Assembly (NCBI GenBank): GCA_964244985.1
Contig: CAXTKZ010000003.1
Span: 1 to 52,115 of the forward strand
Direction of reading: 5' to 3'
Length of the DNA: 52,115 nt
Source of the DNA: an uncultured Acidobacteriaceae bacterium
GTDB taxonomy: Bacteria > Acidobacteriota > Terriglobia > Terriglobales > Acidobacteriaceae
Made by a program: the position numbers and the translations under genes. Under the pieces are notes generated by a model. The model made no database searches and was not told where the DNA came from. It saw only the letters and a list, made by a program, of their open reading frames with translations. Below are positions 29,393 to 39,137 of this stretch, piece by piece (the first letter of the stretch is position 1; every line of letters begins with the position of its first letter).

Positions 29393-30013
29393 TTATAAAA
29401 GTTCTAAACGCTCAAGCTCACCGCGAAGCGCGGCAGAGCCTGTGTATTGAACCGCTTCCATGCCGAGCGCACGCGCTGCCTCAACCTGTTTCTCACGGTC
29501 GTCGATGAACAACACTTCATGCGCGGGGGTTTGCAGCACTTGGAGGGCAAGCCGGTAGATTGCCGCCTCGGGCTTACGCAGCCCTACGTAGCCGGAGCAG
29601 AAAAACACGCTCCAATACTGCCGCAGCCCGAACCGCTCCAAACGCATATCGTTCAGCTCGCGCGATTCGTTGTTGAGCTGCCCCATGCGCACCTGCCCGC
29701 GCTCCCAAAGCGCGGTAAGCAGCGGCATGGCCGTGTCGGGGATGAACTTCGACTCGTTCTCAATGGCCTGCTTGACCTCCGCGGGCGTGTACGGGCGCGG
29801 CTCAAAGAACAGGGTGCGGCGCAGGTATTCATCAAAGTCGATGAACCCTTTTTCCCACGCATCGTTTTCCACCTCGTGGCGCTTTGCAAAAGCAGCGCGC
29901 ACATCAGGCGGAATGGCGAATTGGTTGAAGACTGTTTCACGCTCGTTGTGGTCCCAGCCATTGGTGAGTAGAACGCCACCGGTATCCCACAGAATGGTGC
30001 TGATTCTTGGCAT
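29393..30013 (-). CDS. HAD-superfamily hydrolase
   Basis: [22 protein letters not shown] and FIDDR motifs. Confidence 0.9.
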   Translation of the reverse strand: MPRISTILWDTGGVLLTNGWDHNERETVFNQFAIPPDVRAAFAKRHEVENDAWEKGFIDFDEYLRRTLFFEPRPYTPAEVKQAIENESKFIPDTAMPLLTALWERGQVRMGQLNNESRELNDMRLERFGLRQYWSVFFCSGYVGLRKPEAAIYRLALQVLQTPAHEVLFIDDREKQVEAARALGMEAVQYTGSAALRGELERLELL

Positions 30014-30065
30014 GCGTCTCGTTGGATGCAATCAAAAGCGGACGGGCGCAAAGAATGGCGACAGC

Positions 30066-31229
30066 TTACGACCGGACCGGGCTTGCCTCCCGACCCTTCA
30101 AGGCTCTGCCGAGGAAGCGGCGGTTCAGCCATGCGCGCAGGGGCTCGTCGTAAAACCGGAGGCAGGCATAGGCGACCGTGACGGCCGTGATAAGCAGCAA
30201 AATGCCCCAAAAGATACCGCGCGCCGGCGGCATCCTGTTCTGCACCACCCATACCGTGTAGATGTAAATCAGTGGGTAGTGCGTAATGTAGAGCGGGTAG
30301 GAGATGCCGCCCAGAAACCTGCAAAGCCGCAGGGAAAAGCCGCCCGTGATGCTTTCGCCGGCGCCCATGGCGACAATGATCGGGAAGAGAACGATGATGC
30401 AGAATCCGTCGTACAAGCCGTTCGCCCACAAGTGTGCGGCACCTCCGATGCGAGGCACGGCAAGGCTTACGACCAATAAAAGACTGCACAGGGCGAACGC
30501 GCCCTTAACGTGAATGCGCTTGCCGAGACGCATCAGGAGCATCCCCGCGAAAAAGGGGTAAAGCAATCGGGCGAAGCCTACGTGCAGCTCCTTCGGCGTG
30601 ACAGACCACCCGCCGATCACGTCGCCGCGCGGCCCCAAAACAAGATACTGCAGCAGGAAACACCCGGCGGCGAAAACAAAAAAGCCGAGCGCCTTCTTGG
30701 AAAGCCTACGTAGCCCCAGCGCGTAGAGGATGTTCGCAATGTACTCAAAGAAGAGCGACCAGGCAGGACCGTTCAGGGGGTGCATCTCATCCCACCCGCG
30801 GACGTCCATCGATGGGAGCAGCGGGATCAAAGTCATCCCAACAAGCATGACGACGAACAAATGCCCGACCGATGTTTTGCCTACCAATGGAAAAACCGTA
30901 GACGAGGTTTGAAAGTAAAACAACGCAGCGCCGATCAGGCTGCCCATCACGACCATGGGCTGCAGGCGAATGAGCCGGCGCTTGCAGAAATCCCACACCG
31001 TCATTCGATCCCAGCGGTCGTCGTAGGCATACGCGACGACAAAGCCGGAGAGCAGAAAGAAGAAATCGACGGCCAGGTAGCCGTGATTGATGATCTGTTT
31101 GAAGCGGTTCTCGCCGTCATACGGCTCGAACATATGAAAGATGACGACCACGATCGCAGCCACGCCGCGCAGGCCGTCGAGGACTTCGTAATGGTTTTTG
31201 GTGGGAAGCGCCGCGGCTGTTTGTTTCAC
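30066..31229 (-). CDS. Acyltransferase-3 (OafA-like) membrane O-acyltransferase
   Basis: LDGLRGVAA..VVIFH, GYLAVDFFFLLSGFV, RRLIRL, WSLFFE, LGGISYPLYITH and YDEP. Confidence 0.92.
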   Translation of the reverse strand: MKQTAAALPTKNHYEVLDGLRGVAAIVVVIFHMFEPYDGENRFKQIINHGYLAVDFFFLLSGFVVAYAYDDRWDRMTVWDFCKRRLIRLQPMVVMGSLIGAALFYFQTSSTVFPLVGKTSVGHLFVVMLVGMTLIPLLPSMDVRGWDEMHPLNGPAWSLFFEYIANILYALGLRRLSKKALGFFVFAAGCFLLQYLVLGPRGDVIGGWSVTPKELHVGFARLLYPFFAGMLLMRLGKRIHVKGAFALCSLLLVVSLAVPRIGGAAHLWANGLYDGFCIIVLFPIIVAMGAGESITGGFSLRLCRFLGGISYPLYITHYPLIYIYTVWVVQNRMPPARGIFWGILLLITAVTVAYACLRFYDEPLRAWLNRRFLGRALKGREASPVRS

Positions 31230-31274
31230 GGAACAGTTGTACAGGAAATAGCGAAGTGCTACCGACGCTCTTTT

Positions 31275-31550
31275 TTAGAAAGCGCCGAGACGCGCGTCGT
31301 GACGGCCGAGCATGAGATGAATCTCATGCAATGTCGTGTCCATGCAGTCGAGTTTTGCCTTAAGCCGATCAAAGCGGCTGTCTTGTCCATCGATGCGCTT
31401 ATCCTGCAAGTCGAATCGCTTGTCGATCAGATCGAAGCGTCGTTCAAGCTGCCTGCTTTGCAGCAGAAACCCAACGAGTACGATAACCAGATTTGCGAGA
31501 GCCAGGATCGACGGAACGCCGATGGCTAGAGAAAGCTGTTGATTCGACAT
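31275..31550 (-). CDS. Small membrane-anchored coiled-coil protein (91 aa)
   Basis: SD GGAGG before ATG 31550; one TM helix followed by heptads [28 protein letters not shown]. Confidence 0.7.
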   Translation of the reverse strand: MSNQQLSLAIGVPSILALANLVIVLVGFLLQSRQLERRFDLIDKRFDLQDKRIDGQDSRFDRLKAKLDCMDTTLHEIHLMLGRHDARLGAF

Positions 31551-31611
31551 GCCCCTCCGTGCCCGTGGATAGCCTGCGCAGGATTCTATCCCCGCGCAGG
31601 CCTTACCAGCC

Positions 31612-33678
31612 TTACTTGTCGTTGATCCCCGCCAACGCCGGCATCTCCTTGCCTGCCTTTGCCAGCAGCTCTTTCGCACGCTTCACGATGTTGTCCACGC
31701 CGAAGCCAAGCTTTTCCAGCGCGAGCGTTCCAGGAGCCGACGCGCCGAAGCGGTCCAGGCCGATTACATCGCCGTGGCGGCCCACCCACTTCCACCAGCC
31801 CTGCGTCGCGCCTGCTTCCACCGCCAGCTTCGGCATGTTCTCAGGCAGCACTTCGAGCTTGTAGCTTTCCGGCTGCCGCTCAAACAACTGCCAGCTCGGG
31901 AAGGACACGATACGCGCTGTAATGCCTTCTTCCTTGAGCTTCGCCGCGGCCTTGACAATCTGCCATACCTCCGCGCCGGTCGACAGCATCAAGAGGTCGG
32001 GCGAGTCGGAACCCTGATCCACCACGTACGCACCCCGGCTCACACCCTCATAAATATCGAGCTTGGCAGGGTCCAGCATCGGCAGGTCCTGGCGAGACAG
32101 CGCCATAAAGCTTGCCTCTTTAAGCTCGAGTGCGATCCGCCAGGCAGCCGCGGTCTCGTTCGCATCCGCCGGCCGGAAGTCGATCAGGTGCGGCACCGCG
32201 CGCAGCATCATCAACTGGTCGATGGGCTGGTGCGTCGGGCCGTCCTCGCCAAGGCCGATCGAATCGTGCGTGTACACAAAGATCGAGTGAATGTGCATCA
32301 GTGCGGCCAAACGCAGCGCGGGCTTTGCATAGTCGGAGAAGGTAAAGAAGGTGGAGCCATAAGGAATCAGGCCGCCATGCGCCGCCATGCCATTGACAGC
32401 CGCGTGCATCGCGAACTCGCGCACGCCGAAGAACACGTTGCGTCCCGCGGGGTCCACATGGAAGTTGCCGGACTTTTTCAACAGTGTCTTCGTCGACTCT
32501 GTCAAATCGGCCGCACCGCCGAATATCTCGGGCACCACCTCGGCGAAGGCATTCATGATGGCACCGCCCGCATTGCGGGTCGCCATCGGCTTCGTGTCCA
32601 CGGGGTAGGAGGGCAGCGATTTTTCCCAGCCTTCTTTCAGCTTGCCCGCCTGCGTACGCTCGAATTCGGCGGCCAGCTCAGGGTTTTCCCCCTTGTACTT
32701 CGCGAACAGCTCGTTCCATTCCGCCTCATACTTCGCGCCGTTCTCGACGATCTTGCCCCAGTTCTGGGCGGCTTCTTCGGGCACGTAAAAGGTTTTGTCC
32801 TCGGGCCAGCCCAGGGTGCGCTTGGTTTCCTTGGTGTTCTTTTCGCCCAGCGGCGCCCCGTGCGCCTTGTTGGTGCCGGCGGAGGGCGAGCCATAGCCGA
32901 TAATCGTCCGTACGGCGATCAAAGACGGCTTCCCTGTCTCGGCCTTGGCGGCCTCGATCGCCTGCGAAATCGCTTCGAGATCGTTGCCGTCGGCTACCGT
33001 CTGCACATGCCAGTGGTACGCGTTAAAGCGTTCCTGCACATTCTCGGTGAAGCTTAGATCGGTCGGCCCATCCAGCGAGATCAGATTGTCGTCGTACAGG
33101 AAAATCAGCTTGCCCAATCCAAGCGTCCCCGCCAGCGAAGCCGCCTCGTGGGAGACGCCTTCCATCAAATCACCGTCGCCGCAGATGCCGTAGGTGTAGT
33201 GGTCGACAACGTCATAGCCCGGCTTGTTGTAGACGGCAGCAAGGTGTTTTTCCGCCATCGCCATGCCCACCGCCATCGCGAAACCCTGCCCGAGCGGTCC
33301 GGTTGTGACTTCCACACCGTCGGTTTCGCCGAACTCGGGGTGACCCGGTGTGCGGGACTGCCATTGACGGAATTGCTTCAAGTCCTCAAGTGATAGGTCA
33401 TAGCCGGCCAGGTGCAGCATGCCGTACAGCATGGCCGAGGCATGGCCATTGGACAACACAAAGCGGTCGCGGTTGGACCACTTCGAGTGCTTTGGGTTAT
33501 GCCGCATGTACTTGTGGAACAGCAGATACGCAATGGGCGCATCGCCGAGCGGCGCGCCGGGGTGGCCGCTGTTCGCCGCCTCCACCGCGTCTACCGCGAG
33601 AAAGCGCAGGGCGTTGATGGAAAGCAGGTCGATGTCGGTGGAAGAGGGAGCTTGGGGAGGGGTCGCTGTGGCGCTCAT
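31612..33678 (-). CDS. tkt: Transketolase
   Basis: [49 protein letters not shown] and [16 protein letters not shown]. Confidence 0.98.
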   Translation of the reverse strand: MSATATPPQAPSSTDIDLLSINALRFLAVDAVEAANSGHPGAPLGDAPIAYLLFHKYMRHNPKHSKWSNRDRFVLSNGHASAMLYGMLHLAGYDLSLEDLKQFRQWQSRTPGHPEFGETDGVEVTTGPLGQGFAMAVGMAMAEKHLAAVYNKPGYDVVDHYTYGICGDGDLMEGVSHEAASLAGTLGLGKLIFLYDDNLISLDGPTDLSFTENVQERFNAYHWHVQTVADGNDLEAISQAIEAAKAETGKPSLIAVRTIIGYGSPSAGTNKAHGAPLGEKNTKETKRTLGWPEDKTFYVPEEAAQNWGKIVENGAKYEAEWNELFAKYKGENPELAAEFERTQAGKLKEGWEKSLPSYPVDTKPMATRNAGGAIMNAFAEVVPEIFGGAADLTESTKTLLKKSGNFHVDPAGRNVFFGVREFAMHAAVNGMAAHGGLIPYGSTFFTFSDYAKPALRLAALMHIHSIFVYTHDSIGLGEDGPTHQPIDQLMMLRAVPHLIDFRPADANETAAAWRIALELKEASFMALSRQDLPMLDPAKLDIYEGVSRGAYVVDQGSDSPDLLMLSTGAEVWQIVKAAAKLKEEGITARIVSFPSWQLFERQPESYKLEVLPENMPKLAVEAGATQGWWKWVGRHGDVIGLDRFGASAPGTLALEKLGFGVDNIVKRAKELLAKAGKEMPALAGINDK

Positions 33679-33799
33679 GACAGGTAGGTCTTTCTCCGGG
33701 AAGTGGTGGTTGTGGCTGACTCTGCCATTCTAAGCCCGCCTTTTGCTCTTCGTCGGCTCCGGGAGTAATTTTCACGGTGTCCACCACGCCGAGCCTGCA

Positions 33800-35278
33800 T
33801 CAAGGAAGACGGTAAAGGGACACAGCGGTCGGGCTCCCTGCCGCAAACAAAGTTCCATCTGGAGACATGGCCGACCACGAGATGCGTTCGGGCAAGTGCT
33901 CAGAGCGTATAAGGGCCACAGGACGGCAGTCAGCCGTGTTGAAGACAACAAAATGTTCAAACAGCGTCCGGCTCGGGTCGCCTATCGACTGACTTCGAAC
34001 CAAGGCAAAGCGGCTTCCATCTTCCGCGATGCCGCCGAATTGCCAATTGGCGCGGGGCAAGCGGGCCTGGGCCAAGGTCCGCCCTTCGGCGTCCATGACG
34101 TGCAGCTCGCCGCAACCGACGATGAGGATGCGTGTGGAAGTAAGCAGGCGCCCCTCGCCGCAGGTTATCGTCACAACCCTCGCTCCCGAAGGTGTCACAA
34201 GCAAGAATTCGGTTGCTTGCGCATTTTTCGGGTCGGGGCGGGTCTCGAGAAGTTCGTCCGCACTGATTGAAAAGAATGGTCCCGGCTCCCTGAAATGTTG
34301 ATTTGGCTGTAGCGTAGTCGTGTCGAGCACGGAAAGGCCGGGCGGTAAAATCGGCTGCTCGTCCGGGTCGATCCGTGTTCCCTTTACCGGTGTCCAAGCT
34401 TCCCAGGCCACTGCCCGCCCATCCGTGCTGATATTCTGCAATCTGCCGGAAGGATATAGGGGCGAAGAGTGAACAATTTGTAGATACTCGTCCAGGAGCA
34501 GGAAGCGATCCGAGGCTACTGTCAGCAAAGCACCTGTATATGTCCTGAACAGGGGCGGTTCGACATACCGGTTGAAAGTAAGTGGAACTTGGGCAGCCAC
34601 GCTTCCGGATTTCAAATCCAGAGCAACGATTCTATCCGTAAGTCTGACGGCAAGGCGGTCCCCGACAAATGCGATGCTGCGCGCGGCTGTGTATTCGGAT
34701 GAGGTTTGGCCAAAGCCATACTTTTCAAGATGTGCGGTCCACATTTTTCGTGCTGACGCCGGCGGCGCAGGAGCGCTGGTAAGTGTGAAGGATGCGGGCC
34801 CCAGCAGAACCAAGTATCCGACAGCAACAGTGATGCTCACTGGGTAAAGTTTCTCTTGTCGAAGCAGGAAAGTAACTCCGCCCAAGAACACGACCGCTGC
34901 AGCAGCCGCTGCAGGACGTGCATACACGCTGTTGCTGTTCCAAGAGACTGCCGCCCCGCAAAGCCCGCCAAGCAGGCATGCGATCAAAAAGCTGACACGC
35001 ACTTTCGAGCGCACGACAAAACCGATTGCAAACGCGAGCGGCATGCACGACAAAGCGGCTGCAGAGAGCAAAACTCCCTCCGTGAGCACCTGTACAAGCT
35101 CGGGAGTTCGCAGTCCAAGACGATCAAATAAAAAGGCACCGGCAGGGACAACAAGGAAAGCAAAAGAAAAAATAACTGCCGCCAGAAACGGTTCAGCGCA
35201 CAAAACGATGGCAACCATTAACCAATACAGTATGGTCAGCCTTGGTAAAGGTCGCTTTCCGAATAAAGCGGCACCCAA
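33800..35278 (-). CDS. Hypothetical protein: N-terminal multi-TM region plus beta-rich (propeller-like) C-terminal domain
   Basis: 492-aa ORF filling the gap; about six hydrophobic segments, then repeats like ISTDGRAVA, IAEDGSRFA, MSPDGTLFA. Start codon uncertain. Confidence 0.65.
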   Translation of the reverse strand: MGAALFGKRPLPRLTILYWLMVAIVLCAEPFLAAVIFSFAFLVVPAGAFLFDRLGLRTPELVQVLTEGVLLSAAALSCMPLAFAIGFVVRSKVRVSFLIACLLGGLCGAAVSWNSNSVYARPAAAAAAVVFLGGVTFLLRQEKLYPVSITVAVGYLVLLGPASFTLTSAPAPPASARKMWTAHLEKYGFGQTSSEYTAARSIAFVGDRLAVRLTDRIVALDLKSGSVAAQVPLTFNRYVEPPLFRTYTGALLTVASDRFLLLDEYLQIVHSSPLYPSGRLQNISTDGRAVAWEAWTPVKGTRIDPDEQPILPPGLSVLDTTTLQPNQHFREPGPFFSISADELLETRPDPKNAQATEFLLVTPSGARVVTITCGEGRLLTSTRILIVGCGELHVMDAEGRTLAQARLPRANWQFGGIAEDGSRFALVRSQSIGDPSRTLFEHFVVFNTADCRPVALIRSEHLPERISWSAMSPDGTLFAAGSPTAVSLYRLP

Positions 35279-35279
35279 C

Positions 35280-37718
35280 TTACATGCCCTCTTGCATGAT
35301 TTTCACGGTGTAGTTGCGGCTTTCCCAATGGGTAAGCCAGTGGAGGGTGAAGATGATCTCGCCGGACTGCGGTGAGGCGATGTCGGCGAACGAGCCCGCC
35401 GGGCTCACTTCGGTCGAGCGGAGGGTCGACTGTGTGGCCCAGTTGTCGACCGTGTACAGCACTTCAAACGGGTTTGCGGACAGGATACGGAGAGTCTTGC
35501 CGGCCCCAATCGCCGTGATGGGCCGCCGCTGCTTCCACACCTCAAACGAACTCGCGACCGGCCCCGCCCCGTAGCGCGCCTCCACTGCCGCGATCCGGTC
35601 GAACACGCGCCCATCGTGCGCCGAGCAGACCAGCTTGATGTACTCGGCATGCGCCCAGGCAAGCGGCATCGCAGAGCCCGCCGGATCGCCGAGGTTTACC
35701 GGGCCGGCGCTGGTTTTGAGAGGCTGATTCTCCTCCCATACCTGCTCGGGCAGCATACCGCCCGGTGAGGCAAACCCTTCGATGGCGGCAATCAACGGCC
35801 CGATATCGTGCCCGGCGGCCAGCTCGTAGTGGGCGCGTTCGCCGGTCAGCAGCGGCCAGGCGCGGCCCTGTCCGTAGTGGATGAACGGGCCGCCGCCGTT
35901 CTGCTCGCCGTAGCCGTCATGGTTGTACCGCCGCCAGCACGGGCCTTGCGGGCACTCGACGCGCAGTACGCGGTCGATTACCTTGATCGTGTCCTGAATC
36001 ACCGGATCGTCGGCCCGGCGCACCCCGTAGCGCACCAGTTCCAGAAAGCCGCCGTCCACCACATCCTTCGCGGGGAACTCGCTTTCCTCCCAGGGCGCGC
36101 GGTTGTTCAAACGCACGTTTCCGGGCAGCACATCGGGGCGGAACCACGGCTCTCCCGGTGCGGGCGGGCGCACCCGCATATAGTGCCGCTTGATCTCCGG
36201 GTGGAGCGCGCCGTTCTCCGTTACGCACCAGTCCTCAAGGTGCGACTGCACCCAGTCGGCATGTTCGTTTAAAAACCGGCTCAACTCGGGCGCGTTGTGG
36301 GCCGCCGCGATCTCCGCCGCGCAGCACAGGGCGGAGATCACTGTTGCGAGCGTGGAAGGCGAGTAGCCCGCGTTTTCTTCCCAGCGCTCCTGTTGCGTAA
36401 CCGGCGCGTAGCGCACAAGGAACCCAGCTGCGCGTGCCACAAACGGAAACACGTCGAAGTTGCCCAGCCCGTTCACCTTCCAGAGACGCCATGCCAGAAT
36501 GATCGGAAACGCGACCTCGTCGAGCTGAATGCCGGTCCAGTACGGCGTCCCGTTCACCCAGAAATTCTGCGGAAACCCACCATCGGGCTTTTGCGAGCAG
36601 GCCAGGTATACGAGCGCGCGCAAGGCGGTTTCCGTGCGACCCAGTGCCAGCATCGCGGAGGCCGACTGCACCATATCGCGGGTCCATACCAGGTGGTAGC
36701 CGCCCAGGTCGTCGTCACCCTTCGCATAGCCCCAGGGGATGGACAACGACGCGATAAAAGCACCCGCGTAGCTTTTGTCCTCGTGCATCAGCAGGACTTT
36801 CTGGCTGTTGCTCAACAGCCGTCCACCGTCGCCCGTGCTCGCGCTCAACCCTGGGGGCAGCTGTACACGCTGCCACTGGCGCAGATAGCGTCCCAGATGG
36901 CGGTCAAACGGGGTCGCCAGCGCGCTCATGGCGGCGGAAAGCGCTGCGTGCCAGCTTTCACCCAGGCCGATCGCCACCGTGAACTCATACGTGTGCGGTG
37001 CTGTTTGGACGGTAAGAGGGAGCGCGATTTCACCCATGACGGCCACATTGCCGTCGGTTGCCGAGCCATACTCCCATTGCATGGTTCCGTGCTGCTTCAG
37101 GTCCTGCCAGCCGTCGCTCGCGCCCACAAATCCGCAGGAAGCGCGGGTGAAACCGCAGTCGGCGGCCACCGCCAGCGAGTTGACGCCGCTCCACGCCAGC
37201 AGCACGCGCGAACCCGCCGTATCGACCACGCGCGCCGAGTTGTCCGCGCCGCCCCCGCCCAGGTGGGGCGACAGGAGCGCGTACAAGCGCAAGCGCCCGT
37301 CGTACTCGGGAGCGACCTCAAACCTGACACGCTGCAGCACCGCGCATCCGTGCGGGTCGCAGATGATCTCCTTCGTCAGCGTGTAGCGCCCACCGGGGTC
37401 GCGGTTGACGAGGCGCGGCGCGGGCGCATGTGGGTCGATATAGGCAAACTTGCGGGCCGTATCGCGCTTTTCCTCGCTGAAGAAGCCGTCATCGCCGGTG
37501 ACGAGAAAACCCATATCGCGCGTTTGAGGGCGGTCGATGGTCGGGAAATAAATCTCGTTCAGGATGCCGTGCGAGGTGGTGAACCAGATCTTGGAAGAGG
37601 TGGAGTAAGCACATCCCACCGAGTCCTTCACGCTGGAGGTCCACCGTCCGGGCAGCCCGGGCGCGCCGGGAGCTTCGCCTTGTTGGGTGAGCCAAAGGTA
37701 TTGGTCGGTTTCCGTCAT
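35280..37718 (-). CDS. GH15 glucoamylase/glucodextranase family protein
   Basis: APGAPG..WT, GILNEIYFPTID, IASLSIPWG, GGYHLVWTRD, QLDEVAFP, QERWEE, RYNHDGYG, MLPEQVW and PLAWAHAEY. Confidence 0.93.
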   Translation of the reverse strand: MTETDQYLWLTQQGEAPGAPGLPGRWTSSVKDSVGCAYSTSSKIWFTTSHGILNEIYFPTIDRPQTRDMGFLVTGDDGFFSEEKRDTARKFAYIDPHAPAPRLVNRDPGGRYTLTKEIICDPHGCAVLQRVRFEVAPEYDGRLRLYALLSPHLGGGGADNSARVVDTAGSRVLLAWSGVNSLAVAADCGFTRASCGFVGASDGWQDLKQHGTMQWEYGSATDGNVAVMGEIALPLTVQTAPHTYEFTVAIGLGESWHAALSAAMSALATPFDRHLGRYLRQWQRVQLPPGLSASTGDGGRLLSNSQKVLLMHEDKSYAGAFIASLSIPWGYAKGDDDLGGYHLVWTRDMVQSASAMLALGRTETALRALVYLACSQKPDGGFPQNFWVNGTPYWTGIQLDEVAFPIILAWRLWKVNGLGNFDVFPFVARAAGFLVRYAPVTQQERWEENAGYSPSTLATVISALCCAAEIAAAHNAPELSRFLNEHADWVQSHLEDWCVTENGALHPEIKRHYMRVRPPAPGEPWFRPDVLPGNVRLNNRAPWEESEFPAKDVVDGGFLELVRYGVRRADDPVIQDTIKVIDRVLRVECPQGPCWRRYNHDGYGEQNGGGPFIHYGQGRAWPLLTGERAHYELAAGHDIGPLIAAIEGFASPGGMLPEQVWEENQPLKTSAGPVNLGDPAGSAMPLAWAHAEYIKLVCSAHDGRVFDRIAAVEARYGAGPVASSFEVWKQRRPITAIGAGKTLRILSANPFEVLYTVDNWATQSTLRSTEVSPAGSFADIASPQSGEIIFTLHWLTHWESRNYTVKIMQEGM

Positions 37719-37811
37719 GCGGGGGCAGCCTCCGGGCGAGCGCTTTCAGGGTACCGCGATGGCTGCTGCAATCACGCGTTGTTTACGGGCCGGACCACTC
37801 CAAAGTAAGGG

Positions 37812-37839
37812 TGATAGCACTTTCTCCAGACTGCTATCA
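37812..37839. promoter_or_regulatory. FitAB-type TA operator inverted repeat
   Basis: TGATAGCA-N12-TGCTATCA, 18 nt upstream of the antitoxin ATG. Confidence 0.8.
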
Positions 37840-37857
37840 TTTGTGCAGGAGATGTCT

Positions 37858-38097
37858 ATGAGCGCCCTTACAGTCCGCAATCTACCGGAAGACGTGCACC
37901 TGGCCCTGAAGCACCGCGCTAAACAGCACGGCAAGAGCACGGAAGCGGAAGTGCGCGCGATCCTTGAAGAAGCTGTGCGCCCGAAGCAGCAGGTCGGGTT
38001 GGGGACGGCGCTGCACGAGTGGGCGATGCAGTACGGTGGATTCGAACTTGACATCACACGCGATCCCACACCGGCGCGAGGCGCGGATTTCGAATGA
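37858..38097 (+). CDS. FitA-like ribbon-helix-helix antitoxin
   Basis: MSALTVRNLPEDVHLALKHRAKQHGKSTEAEVRAILE; SD AGGAG; ATGA overlap with the toxin gene. Confidence 0.9.
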   Translation: MSALTVRNLPEDVHLALKHRAKQHGKSTEAEVRAILEEAVRPKQQVGLGTALHEWAMQYGGFELDITRDPTPARGADFE

Positions 38098-38522
38098 TCG
38101 TCGTCGACACCAATGTTGTTTCGGAGCCGCTCAAGCCGCAAGCAGACCCTGCGGTGCTCGCCTGGTTGGACCGGCAAGCTGAACAAGTTCTCTATCTGAC
38201 GACAACCAGCCTTGCCGAATTGCTGGTCGGGGTGGAGAAGCTGCCGGAAGGACGGCGCAAAACGGTTCTGGCGCAATCATTGAGGCCGCAATTGGCAAAA
38301 TGGTTCGGCCCACGCGTGCTTCCATTCGACGAGGCCGCCGCGATAGCTTACGCGAAGCTGGTAAGTCGGGCCCGAGCCGCCGGGCGAGCGCTTTCCTTCG
38401 CGGACGGGCAGATCGCGGCGGTCGCGTATACGCACGGGTTTACGGTAGCTACACGCGACACAGCACCGTTCGAGGCTGCGGGCTTGCAGGTCATCAATCC
38501 CTGGCCACAAGGCAGGCTGTGA
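38094..38522 (+). CDS. vapC: VapC/FitB PIN-domain toxin
   Basis: IVVDTNVVSE, LAELLVG, FADGQIAAVA and VATRD..F..INPW. Confidence 0.92.
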   Translation: MIVVDTNVVSEPLKPQADPAVLAWLDRQAEQVLYLTTTSLAELLVGVEKLPEGRRKTVLAQSLRPQLAKWFGPRVLPFDEAAAIAYAKLVSRARAAGRALSFADGQIAAVAYTHGFTVATRDTAPFEAAGLQVINPWPQGRL

Positions 38523-38554
38523 GCTCAAAGCCACACTCTGCTGAGAAAAGCTTT

Positions 38555-39118
38555 ATGTCTCGGCTTCGCTGGAAGCCGCTCGCCTTGGCTGGCGCGGCAA
38601 CTATGTGCATCTACGCGCCCATCATCATTTCGGGCGATGACGGAATTGGCATTTTATACTGGCTCGCCCTACTTACCGGCATCCTTGGTCTGGTACTTAC
38701 AGCTGCAATCCTAATCTTTACAAAAAGCAGGAGAAACGCAACTACTCTGGTAGGCGTTGCTGCAGTCCTTGTACTTATAAGTATTACCTTGTCTCGGTAC
38801 GACTACACTCTTCGCACTTCTTATCGATGGACGTTCCATTCGGATATGTACAAACAGCAGTTGATTGCACAGCACGGCTTGGCTCCCGGCGGCATTACCT
38901 ATATGGATTGGGATGGCTGGGGTTTTGCCGGAGTTGGCGACACAGAGGTTTACCTTGTTCATGATCCCAGCGACAACTTGAAGAATGCAGTACACGCCAA
39001 ATACGGGATAAAAGCAGAAGCGCTTCCCTGCGAGGTTGGGCAGATACGCAGGCTTGAAAAAGACTGGTACTCCGTCGTTTTCTTCACAAACGAGATCTGG
39101 TCTTCCGGCTGCATATGA
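38555..39118 (+). CDS. Hypothetical membrane protein
   Basis: Three N-terminal TM segments and a soluble C-terminus (WDGWGFAG..YLVHDPSD); more AT-rich than neighbours by eye. Confidence 0.65.
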   Translation: MSRLRWKPLALAGAATMCIYAPIIISGDDGIGILYWLALLTGILGLVLTAAILIFTKSRRNATTLVGVAAVLVLISITLSRYDYTLRTSYRWTFHSDMYKQQLIAQHGLAPGGITYMDWDGWGFAGVGDTEVYLVHDPSDNLKNAVHAKYGIKAEALPCEVGQIRRLEKDWYSVVFFTNEIWSSGCI

Positions 39119-39137
39119 TGGCAGTCCTACCAGTCCC

